The notes: generated from the sequence alone by a model not told the origin. Shown: positions 26,950 to 39,199, counted from the first letter of the whole stretch. The stretch: 63,790 bases of DNA, filler included, from Octopus bimaculoides (GCF_001194135.2; 9 parts of 7 records of this genome joined end to end with filler, not necessarily neighbours in it), one strand, 5' to 3'. Translations and numbers: made by a program.

Positions 26950-27112
26950 TGATGAAATGTAGTTCTTTATTTACATTATTTACATTAGACGAATATTTGT
27001 CCTCATCTTGTTTGTTGTTAACACAACGTTTTGGCTGATATACCCTCCAGCCTTCTTCAGGTGTCTTGGGGAAATTTCGAACCTGGGTTCTCATTCTTAA
27101 GGTATTCTTCGA
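26950..27112 (-). mobile_element. Penelope-like terminal sequence with a degenerate hammerhead-like core
   Basis: Minus strand CCTGAAGA-A-GGCTG-gagggtatat-CAGCC-AAAACG at 27027-27061. Confidence 0.45.
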
Positions 27113-27117
27113 TGTTG

Positions 27118-27795
27118 TTGTTATTATTATTATTATTGGGTGATAGAGCAGTGCATGCCATCAAAGTGACACTGGAGTAAAATATATGAAGCCCAATGTA
27201 CCCATCATGACTACCCGTCTGATAAGAGTACACCAGGCACATGCATCACAACCATATGTATGCGACATGGTGATCTCCTATCAAGATAAACAGTGCATGA
27301 CCTCGCAGGTGGGGCCCAGTTAGAATTTTCTTCAGGTTGAGTAGCCCATCCCACTCAAAAGGTCCCTGAATAAGGTTCTTTTAAGGATGTTAAGCAAAAC
27401 ACCCATGTTTCCAAAGGTGAATTATTCAAACCCCAAAGAATTTCTCTCAACACATGGCTATGATGCTCCCCCACTACTTCTGCTTGTGATCAGAGATGCA
27501 CATATCATCAGCCACCAAGGGACATGCTCAACTGGTTAAAGTCAAACAACTGACAAGCAAATCTGTGGTATTAAGCAGAATATTTGCTGTAGCCCATCTT
27601 TTTATACCAAGACAAAACAATGCACATGATAACACTTCCAATCAATTAAGATCATTATTATTATTATTATTATTATTGTTATTATTGTTGTTATTATTGT
27701 TCAGGTCACTGCTTGGAATTGTTATTATTGTTCAGGTCACTGCTTGGAATCTTGGGGTTAGTAACCCGCACTCTCAACCACTACGCCATATGACC
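27118..27795 (-). mobile_element. tRNA-headed SINE with internal and terminal (TAA)n tracts
   Basis: Minus head ggcgtagtggttgagagtgcgggttactaacccc; short duplicated segment at about 27690-27750; body shared with 4490-4915. Confidence 0.7.
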
Positions 27796-28129
27796 ACAAT
27801 ATCATTTAATTCATCTTTTTTAAAGCATATTAGGAAGGGTGTTCAGTAAAATGACTACCAGACATGATATTACAGTTAATAACATCAATAACAGTCCTTC
27901 TCTCTCTTTTAATGATGTAAAGCAAAGTTAATCCAATTGAGTTTTGAATTGAGAATGTGAGAGATGAAAATATATACTCTGTACACAGTAAGCCCACAGT
28001 CTTCTACCATTTGTGCCACACTCCATCATTCAAACAATTTATCAAGCTAACAAGGGAGACTGTACATGGTCAATTGGCTAACTAGAAATAGCAACCCAAT
28101 TCCTTCAAATCACATCCTATAATTATTAT

Positions 28130-28527
28130 TAAGAAACGGACACAAAGGACAATGTATTCTTACATGCCTGTAAAAACACAGGATGGTTGCAGCTGGAGTA
28201 GGTATTGCAGCCGGATGCACGATATCAGTCATCTTATTCGTGCTAGTCATGGAGATGTTACTAAGGTCAACAAACTGTGAGAAAGCTGCTATAAAGACAC
28301 CATTAAGGGCTTTTATGGACGACATCACTCTACTATCGGAAAGTAGAGAAGCAGCAGAGGGAACGTTAGAGCGGTTGGATGAACTAATAGGATGGGCAAG
28401 AATGAAATTCAAAGCCAAAAAATCTCGAAGCGTGGCTTTCGTGAAAGGAGTGCAAGAAGAAGTGAAATTCAGGATAGGAGGTGAAGACATACCAACGGTG
28501 AAAGAACAACCAGTAAAGAGTCTCAGC
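28130..28527 (+). mobile_element. HERO/NeSL-like (RLE-type) non-LTR RT fragment, cut by an assembly gap
   Basis: TGWLQLE[1-nt deletion]GIAAGCTISVILFVLVMEM...LRAFMDDIT...WARMKFKAKKSRS...IPTVKEQPVKSL. Confidence 0.75.
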
Positions 28528-28744
28528 NNNNNNNNNNNNNNNNNNNNNNNNNNNNNNNNNNNNNNNNNNNNTTAATTAATTAANNNNNNNNNNNNNNNNN
28601 NNNNNNNNNNNNNNNNNNNNNNNNNNNAGTCAAGAAACAAAAGGAAAATAGTGTAATAGATGCTTTTAAAAAGAAAAAAGGATTTTATCCCTTATATGTA
28701 TACTGTTCAGTATCTATGCGTTGAATAAAATCTATCTTTCTACT

Positions 28745-29020
28745 TGTACCACCATACATTTCAGCGCTTCGAAAAACAAACTTGTTTGTTTACATACAGC
28801 GTAACGAAAAGGTAAGTTTAATCTATGACTTTGTATGCATAAGAGAAAGTAGGAGTTGAAAGGATTTGTAAAGGTCGTAGAAAGAGGAAATTTAGGTTTT
28901 ATTAGGGGGGGTGTTGTTTTGCGCAGTTTAATGGATTTTATTGGTAACTGTGATTGATTTTGACGGAAAAAATGACGCAGTTACCTAGGTTATGGTATTT
29001 AGAATATTAATTCCGATTGT
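28745..29020 (+). promoter_or_regulatory. Candidate promoter or first non-coding exon with splice donor
   Basis: Local CpG retention, TTGTTTACAT motif and AAG|GTAAGT donor at 28811/28812; no supporting transcript data. Confidence 0.3.
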
Positions 29021-29108
29021 TTCATTCAAGAAATTTGGAATTGTGTAAATGTATGAATTGGATACACACACACTCACAAACTCAGCTATATATATATAGA
29101 TATATCTA

Positions 29109-30280
29109 CAGGGGTTAGACAAAATAATGGAAACACCTTAAAATTTCAAACAAATTTCTTTTAATATAGGGTGGGACCACCTTTGGCAGTAATTTTACAG
29201 CTTGAATTCTACGAGGTATGGACTCGTACAAGGTTTGAATTCTTTCCAAAGGAATTTTTGTCCATTCTTCAGCTAAAACAGTCTCCAGTTCTTGTAGTGA
29301 TGATGGGGGATGATACTCCTTACTTGTTTTTCTAAAATGCACTATAAATGTTCAATAATATTAAGATCTGGGGACTGTGATTATCATCCCGAAAGATTGC
29401 GTTTCCTTCTGGAAATAGTTCCGCAACCATTGGATGAATTTGGTCAGATAAAATGCTTAAATAGTGTTGAGTATTAATTCTGCCATGAAGGGAAACCATT
29501 GGGCCACCAGATTTCCAATATATAGCCCCCCCCCCTCCAGATCATCACAGATCCTCATCCATGTTTAACAGTTGGAAGAAGGCAGTCTGGATCAAATGTC
29601 TCTTTTGGCTGTATACTCGGCCAGTGGCTGGAAATACGGTAAAGGATGACTCGTCCAAGAAAATAACATGCTTCCACTGCTTTAGGGACCAATTTTGTAG
29701 GTTTTTACTCCACGTTTGTTTTTGAAAGTAGTGGTTTTCTGATTGCAGCCTTCCCATGAACTCTGGCTTTGTGCAGCTCCTGGTGAACAATTTTTGTGGT
29801 AACTGGCTTCTTCGAGGTGGTCATTAAGCTCTGCAGTAATTTTGAGAGCTGTACTTTTGTGATCCTTTCTAACAATTTGCGTAAGAGTCCGACAGTCCCT
29901 ATATGAAAGTTTTGGTTTTTTCCTTTTTTCCAGAGTTTTGTTTCAACAAGGAGGTTTTTCCCTCTTTCTCAAAAGCTGTCATCACTTTCAAGACAGTACT
30001 TCTTGATATAACAAACATTTTGGCTGTTTTCATTACACTAGCACCTGCTAAATGAGTACCAACAATTTGGCCTCTTTGAAAGTCCGATAGATCTGTGATT
30101 TTAATGAATTTTAATTACCTTTTTCTAATGATATCTGAAAAGAAACAACAATTTTAGCAAAACATATTAAGTAACACTAATAATAAATCAAAAAACATAA
30201 AAATAAACAAGCTTTTGATGGTTTTATAGATATTTCAGAATTATGATGCTAGGTGTTTCCGTTATTTTGTCCAGCCCCTG
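29109..30280 (-). mobile_element. Tc1-like (DD34E-type) transposon, decayed
   Basis: 30-bp TIRs with 3 mismatches and TA on both sides. Minus translation DLSDFQRGQIVG..., WKHVIFLDESSF, LQELETVLAEEWTKIPLERIQTLYESIPRRIQAV. Confidence 0.9.
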
Positions 30281-30299
30281 TATATATATATATATATAT

Positions 30300-30300
<1 letters not shown>

Positions 30301-30338
<38 letters not shown>

Positions 30339-31742
30339 GTTTAACGTCCACCTTCCATGCTAGCATGGGTTGGATGATTTGACTGAGGACTGGCGAACCA
30401 GATGGCTACACCAGGTTCCAATCTGATTTGGCAGAGTTTCTACAGCTGGATGCCCTTTCTAACGCCAACCACTCCGAGAGTGTAGTGGGTGCTTTTACGT
30501 GCCACTGGCATGAAGGCCAGTCAGGCGGTACTGGCAATGGCCACTCTCAAAATGGTGTATTTTACGTGCCACCTGCACAGGAGCCAGTCCAGCAGCACAG
30601 GCAACAATCACGCTCGAATGTTTTTTTCATGTGCCACCAGCACAAGTGCCAGTAAGGTGACGCTGGTAATAATCACGCTCAAATTGTGCTATTTACATGC
30701 CACTGGCATGGAAGCCAGACAGCTGCTCTGGCAATGATCATGCTCAGACAGTGATCTTAGCACTCCACTGGTACAGTTGCTCCAACAGGTCCTCGCAAGC
30801 CAAGTTTAGTGTCCAATGAAGGAGAGGTTGGCATGGGAGCCAGTCGTCTAATTTGGTTCGATTTCGATTTCACTTGTCTCAATAGGTCCTCGCAAGCCAA
30901 GTTTAGTGTCCAATGAAGGAGAGGTTGGCATGGGAGCCAGTTGTCTAATTTGGTTCGATTTCGATTTCACTTGTCTCAATAGGTCTTCGCAAGCAGAGTT
31001 TAGTGTCCAATGAAGGAAAGGTATGCATAAGTGGGCTGGCTACACCACTGGCAGAGGCCTCGGATTGTGGTCTCACTTGGCTTGCCGGGTCTTCTCACGC
31101 ACTGCATATTTCCAAATGTCTCGGTCACTAGTCATTGTCTTGGTGAGGCCTAATGTTCGAAGGTCTTGCCTCACCACCATATCCCAGGTCTTCCTAGTCC
31201 TGCCTCTTCCACGGGTTCCCTCAACCGCTAGGGTGTGGCACTTTTTCACACAGCTATCCTCATCCATTGTCGTCACATGACCATACCAGTGCAATCGTCT
31301 CTCTTGCACACCACAACTGATGCTTCTTAGGTTCAACTTTTCTCTCAAGGTACTTACACTCTGTCGAGTATGCAAACTAAGATTACACATCCATCGGAGC
31401 ATACTGGCTTCATTCCTTGTGAGCTTATGCATGTCCTCAGCAGTCATGGCCCATATTTCACTGCCATGAAGCATGGCTGTTCGTACACATGCGTCAAACA
31501 GTCTGCCTTTTACTCTGAGCGAGAGGCCCTTTGTCGCCAGCAGAGGTAAGAGCTCTCTGAATTTTGCCCAGGCTATTCTTATTCAAGCAGCTACCCTTTC
31601 AGTGCACCCTCCCCCACTACTAACTTGGTCACCTAGATAACGGAAGCTATCAACCACTTCTAGTTTTTCTCCTTCGAATGTGGCAGAAGTTGTTTTTTGC
31701 ACATTTTCAGTGTTTATTGCTCCTGAACATCGGCCACACGCA
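30301..31742 (-). mobile_element. 5'-truncated RTE LINE (RTE-1-like) with (TGA)n tail
   Basis: [14 protein letters not shown]...FRYLGDQV...AWAKFRELLPLL...MLHGSEIWA...RRLHWYGHV...GRTRKTW; long 3' UTR containing a 97-bp tandem unit. Confidence 0.92.
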
Positions 31743-31768
31743 CACATATATATGTATATATGTATGTA

Positions 31769-31866
<98 letters not shown>

Positions 31867-31874
31867 TACATATA

Positions 31875-32580
31875 CAGGGTGTTTGAGCTAAATTTGATGA
31901 TTCCTTTTTATGCTTCCTTTTTTCAGGAACAGCTTGAGGTATTGGTCAACTGTTAACAGCATTGGAGAGCCTAAAGTTGTAGTTAAGAAAAAGTTATGTT
32001 ACATAGAGGACTAGAAGCCATTTCAATATTGGAAAAGTGTTACCTGTATCCTGATGATTTAGACCAGGTATCAAAATGTCAACATCTTAGCTACTGCTCA
32101 GTGCTCTGTAAACACTATAGAGGCTGTAAGGCATGTCATGGACAACAGTGACTTCAAAGCTATGACCAGAAGGAAAGGATACAGTAGGCATTCTGACTGC
32201 ATTCACACTTTGAAATTCATCCAACAACTGCAGGACAAGATGATGGTAGATCTGCACAAGGGAATCCATGCTTTGGTAAGAGAAATGGATGTTAGAATCA
32301 CCACTATGAAGCTGGCCCTGAATGAAGCCCTTTGCTACAACTCATACAAGAAGCTCAAGAGATAAATTCTGACAGGCAAGACCAAAAAGGCTCCTGAGTA
32401 AGCTGAAGCATCTTGTTGAGCTGAGGATGATCTGGTCTTTCTCAGATGAAAAGAATTTATGCTGCTTCCACAACACCCAGAACAACAGATGGTTTGCCTA
32501 TAATCCATGAAATGTCCTGTGTATCATGAAAACCAAGTTCCCCCAAACTACAGGGATCAAACTACGGATCATTGACAGAG
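31875..32580 (+). mobile_element. Tc1/mariner DD37D (maT-like) 5' part
   Basis: TA + CAGGGTG terminus after (TA)n; LKFIQQLQDKMMVD...WSFSDEKN...HNTQNNRWFAYNP...KTKFPQT. Confidence 0.7.
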
Positions 32581-33249
32581 TCTGTTATGATCCCTCAATC
32601 CATTGGGATATGATCCCTTTTTGTGTTGATTTCTTATCCTGATGAAATGTTCAATTTACTATATTCGAAATGCATCTATAATTTAATTATTTGTAATTTG
32701 AATTAATTGAATATGGAAACAATTGTAGGTTATAAGAAATTGATGTTGTTCAAAATTGGAGTTATATTAATAAATTGATGTCTATCAGTCAATTTCTCCA
32801 TTTTCTTTTTTTCTTTTCTTATATATACATATCACACTTGCTCTGGTGCCACATAAAAAGTACCTGTTGTAATGTGGTCTTCGTCCACTTGTATGTTATT
32901 GTTGGCACTGTAATATTCTTGTCACCACTATTATGTTGTGACGGTATTCTGTGTCTTATTTTCTTTGACTTAGAAATGTCTACCTTGATAGTAACTCAAA
33001 CTCATATATATCACATAACTGGCACTGACTTCAACTAAGAACTCATACAACTCTACTACTACTGACCTCCTACAACTACTGACTGCCTGATTTTATAGTG
33101 GCTTTGTCATGTGGGAAGGAGTGTGCCATTTTCACTACATCTCCCCTTTTAGTTATTTTTTTTTTCCTTGGGAAGCAAATAATTTTATTTTACTTTATTC
33201 ATCCTTCCCCCCTTTTTAGGGGATTTTTTTTCAACTTAATATTTTCTTC

Positions 33250-33684
33250 GGATCTATTTTAAAACGGGGGCCACATTTTTCATTAATGTTTTTCGTAGTG
33301 TTTTTGGTACCGAAAAACTTTCAAACTTCGTATACTTATCTATTTTGTGTTATACAACAGAAAAATATNNNNNNNNNNTAAATTTGCTTTAACCCTAACC
33401 CTAACCCTAACCCTAGGGTTAGGGTTAGGGTTAGGGTTAGGGTTAATTGTTTCAGAATCGTTTGTTTATGTAGTCGGCACTTAATGTATATCGGCTGAAT
33501 GGACGTCAGTGGTTGGTTGAAATTACAGAAATACGACAACTTTAACATGGAATAACTTATGGATTTCTTTTTTTTTTAAGAAGACTAAGAGAAAAAGATG
33601 TTTTATATGACACATTCTACCAGTGTTCCAAGTTTCAAAGTGTTTCATTAATGAAAAATGTGGCCCCCGTTTTAAAAAAGATCC
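33250..33684. mobile_element. MITE with 39-bp TIRs, 8-bp TSD and central telomeric palindrome, nested in the Gypsy element
   Basis: TIRs 33250-33288 and 33646-33684 (1 mismatch); TSD TTTTCTTC at 33242-33249 and 33685-33692. Confidence 0.9.
33389..33446. repeat. (AACCCT)4(AGGGTT)5 telomeric-repeat palindrome
   Basis: Directly visible; perfect loopless palindrome at 33390-33439. Confidence 0.95.
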
Positions 33685-36600
33685 TTTTCTTCTTGTCAGT
33701 GTCTATTTATAGGAACTCTGTGTTCTTCCTTTTTCTTCCACTTGTACATGTGGATTCAACCACCTGTAATGGTTTTAGTACCTGGAATGTGTCATACAGC
33801 CATTCCATAGATTCTTCAAATCTGTCTGGTTCATTTTCTATGAATCTCTTCTTCAATTGATTTCTGTGTCTTTATTCAATACCTTTTCTGCTTTTAATTC
33901 AATACATCATTTTTCCAACGTACTTTGTAATTTTGCCTTCTTCCCAGTACTGTTTACCATTTTTATATGACCTCATGTACACCTTATTAGCAATTTTGAA
34001 AATTTTGGATTGTCTTCCCTGATACTTTTCCTTTCCTTGCCAGGTAACAGTTTATCAAAAACTGATTTCACCTTCCTCACAAACATTAGTTCTGTTGGTG
34101 AGCTTCCTGCTGGTGTATTGGGGTTCAATATCAACCTGTATACCCTTAGGAATTGCTGCAGAGTGACTTCATCTGTGACTTCCTTGTTTTCTTTTTACAA
34201 AGTTCTTTTAAAAATGTCCACAAAATGCTCTGTCTGTCCATTTGATCTGGGATGGTAAGGTGCTGTTGTTTTATGTTCTACCATGAAGATTTTGCAGAAT
34301 TTTCTAAATTCACTGGACACAAATTGTGTTCCATTATCAAATACAAGATACAAGATCTGGGGTGCCAAATCTTGTGACTAATTCACGCAAAAAATTTATT
34401 ACAATTGAGGTCTTTTGCACTTAACAATTTCCAACCATTTTGTAAAACTGGCAACTACTACTAAGTAGTAATAACCATTTAACGGACCTGCTAAATCAAT
34501 ACGCAGTCTTGACCATGGACTTTTTACTTCTGACCAAGGCTCCCATTTTTGAGTAGGCAATTTTGTTGCCAGAGCACATCCATTTACTACATTTGCGACT
34601 TCCTTGTCCATCTTCGACCAATACACATAACTGCACATAAGCGCTTTCATCTTTGTGCTCCCCAGATGTCCAATATGGATTTCTTTCAACATTCTTATTT
34701 GTAGAGTCTCAGATATCACTACCCTTTGGCCATACATCAGTATGCCATTACATGTTAAATATATGTTTACCTTTTGTTGTTATTCCTTACCAAACCTTTT
34801 TTTTTGTTTTCATTCCTTGACCACAGACTTTTTTTGTGTCATTAATGAACTTGTCTTTTGAGGTATGTCACTTTATCGCCTCCAGAGTTATTAATCCATT
34901 TGAAAAGTCCACACACATTCTTAGTTTATTTCTTTTCCTTTGTTTACATAAACCATTGGAGCTGCCCAGTCTGAATGGTCAACTTTTTCAGCTATAGCTA
35001 GACTTTCTAGTCTCTCCAGCTCTTTATTAGCGTGATCTAATGCTGCAAATGGTGTCTAAAAATGGTTGTTGCCTTTTCTTTTACTGCAATCATTGCTTTT
35101 CTTTTAATGCAACAGCCTAATTCTTCCAAAAAACATTTGGAAGCAATTTTTTAATTTTTTGTCTCAGTTGTTTGACTTCATTCAAACATTTTACTATGCC
35201 AACTATATTTTCGCAGAGAACACTAATGGGAGTATCCCACATTTTAAATAACTCCATGTATTCTGTGGCAAATAGGTTTAGTGATATTTTCAACACATAA
35301 ATGATTGTCCTTTTCATTTCACCTCAAAAAGTTACATTGCAAATACATTTGCCAATGAAATATAATTTCTTTCCTGTAACACCATACACTACTTTATTTG
35401 ATTTAAATAATTTTGGCTTACCAATTTGTCACCATGTTTCTTCATTTAAGATAGCGATGTCACTACCCATGTGGTTACACTGGTGGTTTCGATTCTCATC
35501 CTGGGGAATTTTTCCTTCATTGTACAAAATGTTTTCCCTGATGACAAACTTTTTTTTCTTTCAGTCAAGCCAATTTTTCATCATCTTAGTTCTGCAGTGC
35601 ATTTTAATCCATCCTGTGTTCCCACAAAAACACTTCTTTTTGAACAGACACTCTTTTCTCAGGTGCCTACCACCGCATGCCATACATGGGTTTATCTCCT
35701 GATGTATATCATGTTTTTGTGAAACACTTTATTCATCTTTCTACTCTTCTACACTGGTTTTATCTATAAATAATTTCTGCATTGGATTTCTTGTGTCGTG
35801 CCTTACTTTTAATATCATATCAGACTCTTCTGACAGTTCCAGTTTATCCAGTTTAAATCTCTTGCACTCTCTGTTCACTCTACCCGCATATGTGGTAAAG
35901 TCTTCATCATCGTTTTTCTCAGTGTTCAAACACTTCCAACATGTCTTGAACAACAAAGTTTTTTTCACTAAACATCCTACATAAAATATCAATTGTGTCA
36001 GTGAAATTTATGTCAGAAATTTTTTCAGGCAATATAAAGTTACAGTATTTCTCATGCTCTATCATTGCCAGTTTCCTCAGAATTAGATGTGTTCTCATTT
36101 CATCCATCCAGTCTTGGCATCCTTTTTCAAAAATTTGTTCAAATCTTTGGTAATGAGCCTCGAAAGTGATTCCTTCTTCCAGGTCATATATAAATTCATT
36201 TATTGAATTTGCTACATGGTCTGGTGAAAATGTATTTTCCAGTTCTATCAACTTCATTAGTTGTAGTGTTTGTTACTGTAACATTTGTTGTTGTTCTTGT
36301 TGTTGCTGTTTTTGCAAGTCAACTAAATCCTCTAACAAGTTTTCCATAATTTTACAGATTTTTTGTAAAACATATACAACAAAAATGTCTGTTACTTCTC
36401 TGTTGAATTTTTAGTTTCTCCACATGAAAAGTTTTTCAATGTCATCTGTGTGAATTATTTATTTTCTCATGAAAACAATTTTTTTTTCAACGTTGTCCAC
36501 ACAAATTGTTTATATCCTTGTTGCCACTATTATACTGTGTATCCCATCCACTTGTATGTTGTTGTTGGTACTGTAATATTTTTGTCGCTACTATTAAGTT

Positions 36601-36806
36601 GTGTCAGTATTCTGCATCTTATTATCTTTGACTCGTCTATTGTGCTATCGCTGATAGCTCCACAAGACAATGACTTTGAAATGTCTACCTTGACAGTAAC
36701 TTGAACTCATATATATCACGTAATTGGTAATGATTCCAACTGAGAACTTGTACAATGACTCTACTACTACTTACCTCCTACTGACTTTATAGTGTCACTT
36801 TGTCAC

Positions 36807-36995
36807 GGCCATGTGAATTGAATGGATGAGGACAGCTGTATCAACAAGTGCCGATTGCTAAATATGGATGAAACCTAAGGAAGAAGATCCAGGAATACAT
36901 AAAGTGACCTCAAAATGATGAGCCTCTAAGAGGAGATCACTAGTGACTGAACTGAATGGCGATATGCTGTGCTTGAAAAGACCTGATCACCCCAG
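36807..36995 (+). mobile_element. RTE C-terminal remnant truncating the Gypsy 5' LTR
   Basis: GHV..MDEDSCINKCR...WRYAVLEKT remnant. Confidence 0.6.
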
Positions 36996-37190
36996 CAAAA
37001 ATGAGGTCCCATCAAGCCTCCCTCATAACTCATTTTCTAACTCTCAATCTTTCACTCAATCTCCTAACTATGGTACTTTTCACTTAAGTATGTAAATAAT
37101 ATCACTCGTCTTCTTCCTACACTTCACAGTGTATCACTACTACTACTACTACTGTCCCTTTTCACTGCCTCCTCCTCTTCTCTGACCCAC

Positions 37191-39199
37191 TCATCATCAT
37201 CATCATCATCATTTAACATCTGCTTTCCCTGCTAGCATGGGTTGGACGATTTGACTGAGGACTGGTGAACCAGATGGCTACACCAGGCTCCAATCTGATT
37301 TGGCAGAGTTTCTACAGCTGGATGCCCTTCCTAATGCCAACCACTCAGAGAGTGTTTTGGGTGCTTTTACGTGCCACCGGCACGAAGGCCAGTCAGGCGG
37401 TACTGGCAACGGCCACACTCAAAATGGTGTATTTTACGCATCACCTGCACAGGAGCCAGTCCAGCGGCACTGGCAATGATCTCATTCGAATGTCTTTACA
37501 TGTGCCACCAGCACAAGTGCCAGGAAGCGACGCTGGATACAGGTGCCATCACGATTTCGCTTTCACTTGCCCCAACAGGTCTTCGCAAGCTGAGTTTGGT
37601 GTTCAATGAAGACGTTGGCATGGGTGCCAGTCTACAAATTTAGTTCAATTTCGATTTCGATTTCACTTGCCTCAACAGGTCTTCGCAAGCGTAGTTTAGT
37701 GTCCAAAGAAGGAATGTTACGCATAAGTGGGCTGGCTACATCCCTGGCAGAGGCCTTGGAATTTGGTCTATCCCTGGCAGAGGCCTTGGATTTTGGTCTC
37801 ACTTGGCTTGCCGGGTCTTCTCACGCACAGCATATTTCCAAAGGTCTCGGTCAGAAGTCATTGCCTCGGTGAGGCCTAAAGTTCAGAGGTCGTGATTCAC
37901 CACCTCATCCCAGATCTTCCTGGGACTGCCTCTTCCACGGGTTCCCTCAACCGCTAGGGTATGGCACTTTTTCACACAACTGTCCTCATCCATTCTCACC
38001 ACATGTCCATACCAGCACAATCGTCTCTCTTGCGCACCACAACTGATGCTTCTTAGGTTCAACTTTTCTCTCAAGGTACTTACACTCTGTCGAGTATGCA
38101 CACTGACATTACTCATCCATCGGAGCATATTGGCTTCATTCCTTGCGAGCTTACGCATGTCCTCAGCAGTCAAGGCCCATGTTTCACTGCCATGTAGCAT
38201 GGCTGTNNNNNNNNNNNNNNNNNNNNNNNNNNNNNNNNNNNNNNNNNNNNNNNNNNNNNNNNNNNNNNNNNNNNNNNNNNNNNNNNNNNNNNNNNNNNNN
38301 NNNNNNNNNNNNNNNNNNNNNNNNNNNNNNNNNNNNNNNNNNNNNNNNNNNNNNNNNNNNNNNNNNNNNNNNNNNNNNNNNNNNNNNNNNNNNNNNNNNN
38401 NNNNNNNNNNNNNNNNNNNNNNNNNNNNNNNNNNNNNNNNNNNNNNNNNNNNNNNNNNNNNNNNNNNNNNNNNNNNNNNNNNNNNNNNNNNNNNNNNNNN
38501 NNNNNNNNNNNNNNNNNNNNNNNNNNNNNNNNNNNNNNNNNNNNNNNNNNNNNNNNNNNNNNNNNNNNNNNNNNNNNNNNNNNNNNNNNNNNNNNNNNNN
38601 NNNNNNNNNNNNNNNNNNNNNNNNNNNNNNNNNNNNNNNNNNNNNNNNNNNNNNNNNNNNNNNNNNNNNNNNNNNNNNNNNNNNNNNNNNNNNNNNNNNN
38701 NNNNNNNNNNNNNNNNNNCCTGCTTCCACACCTGAAACTTCTCCTCTAGTTCTGATAGTGATTCAGCAATTAGTGTAAGGTCATCAGCATAGAGGAGCTC
38801 CCAGGGGTATCCTGTCTTGAATTCCTCTGTTATTGCCTGGAGGACAATGTTAAATAGGTGGGGGCTGAGGACAGAACCTTGGTGGACCCCTACTTCTACC
38901 CGGAATTCTTCACTGTACTCATTGCCAACCCTCACCTTACTGACAGCATCTCTGTACATGGCTCGCACAGCTCTCACTAACCATTCATCTATCCCAAGTT
39001 TCCTCATTGACCACCAGATAAGGGATCGGGGGACCCTGTCAAAGGCTTTCTCCATGTCAACGAAAGCCAGGTACAGAGGTTTATCCTTGGCTAAGTATTT
39101 CTCCTGCAGCTGTCTTACTAGAAATATGGCATCAGTGGTGCTTTTACCTGGCACGAACCCAAACTGCATCTCATCTAAACTGACTCGCTCCCTAATTAT
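37191..39199 (-). mobile_element. Young 5'-truncated RTE LINE with RT domain (gap 38207-38718)
   Basis: ORF 37883-39169: QFGFVPGKSTTDAIF, FVDMEKAFDRV, GVHQGSVLSP, LLYADDL; (TGA)n tail. Confidence 0.95.

Larger units (their letters stand above)
32865..36806 (-). mobile_element. Decayed Ty3/Gypsy LTR retrotransposon (Mag-like)
   Basis: LTR pair 32865-33139 and about 36528-36806, PPT AAAAGGGGAGA (33140-33150), PBS-like TGGCAACAAGGAT (36514-36526). gag remnant FIYDLEEGITF...EHEKYCNFILP; integrase HIGHLG...WSRLRIDLAGP...DNGTQF...YHPRSNGQ. Confidence 0.88.

Noticed and set aside
31927-31938. 12-nt micro-exon with strong splice sites
   Set aside because: Lies inside the 5' region of the maT-like transposon, so it is better explained as element sequence.
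33389-33446. Ancestral telomere-telomere fusion site
   Set aside because: Orientation is CCCTAA then TTAGGG (a fusion gives the reverse), the array is very short, and it lies inside a TIR/TSD-bounded MITE.
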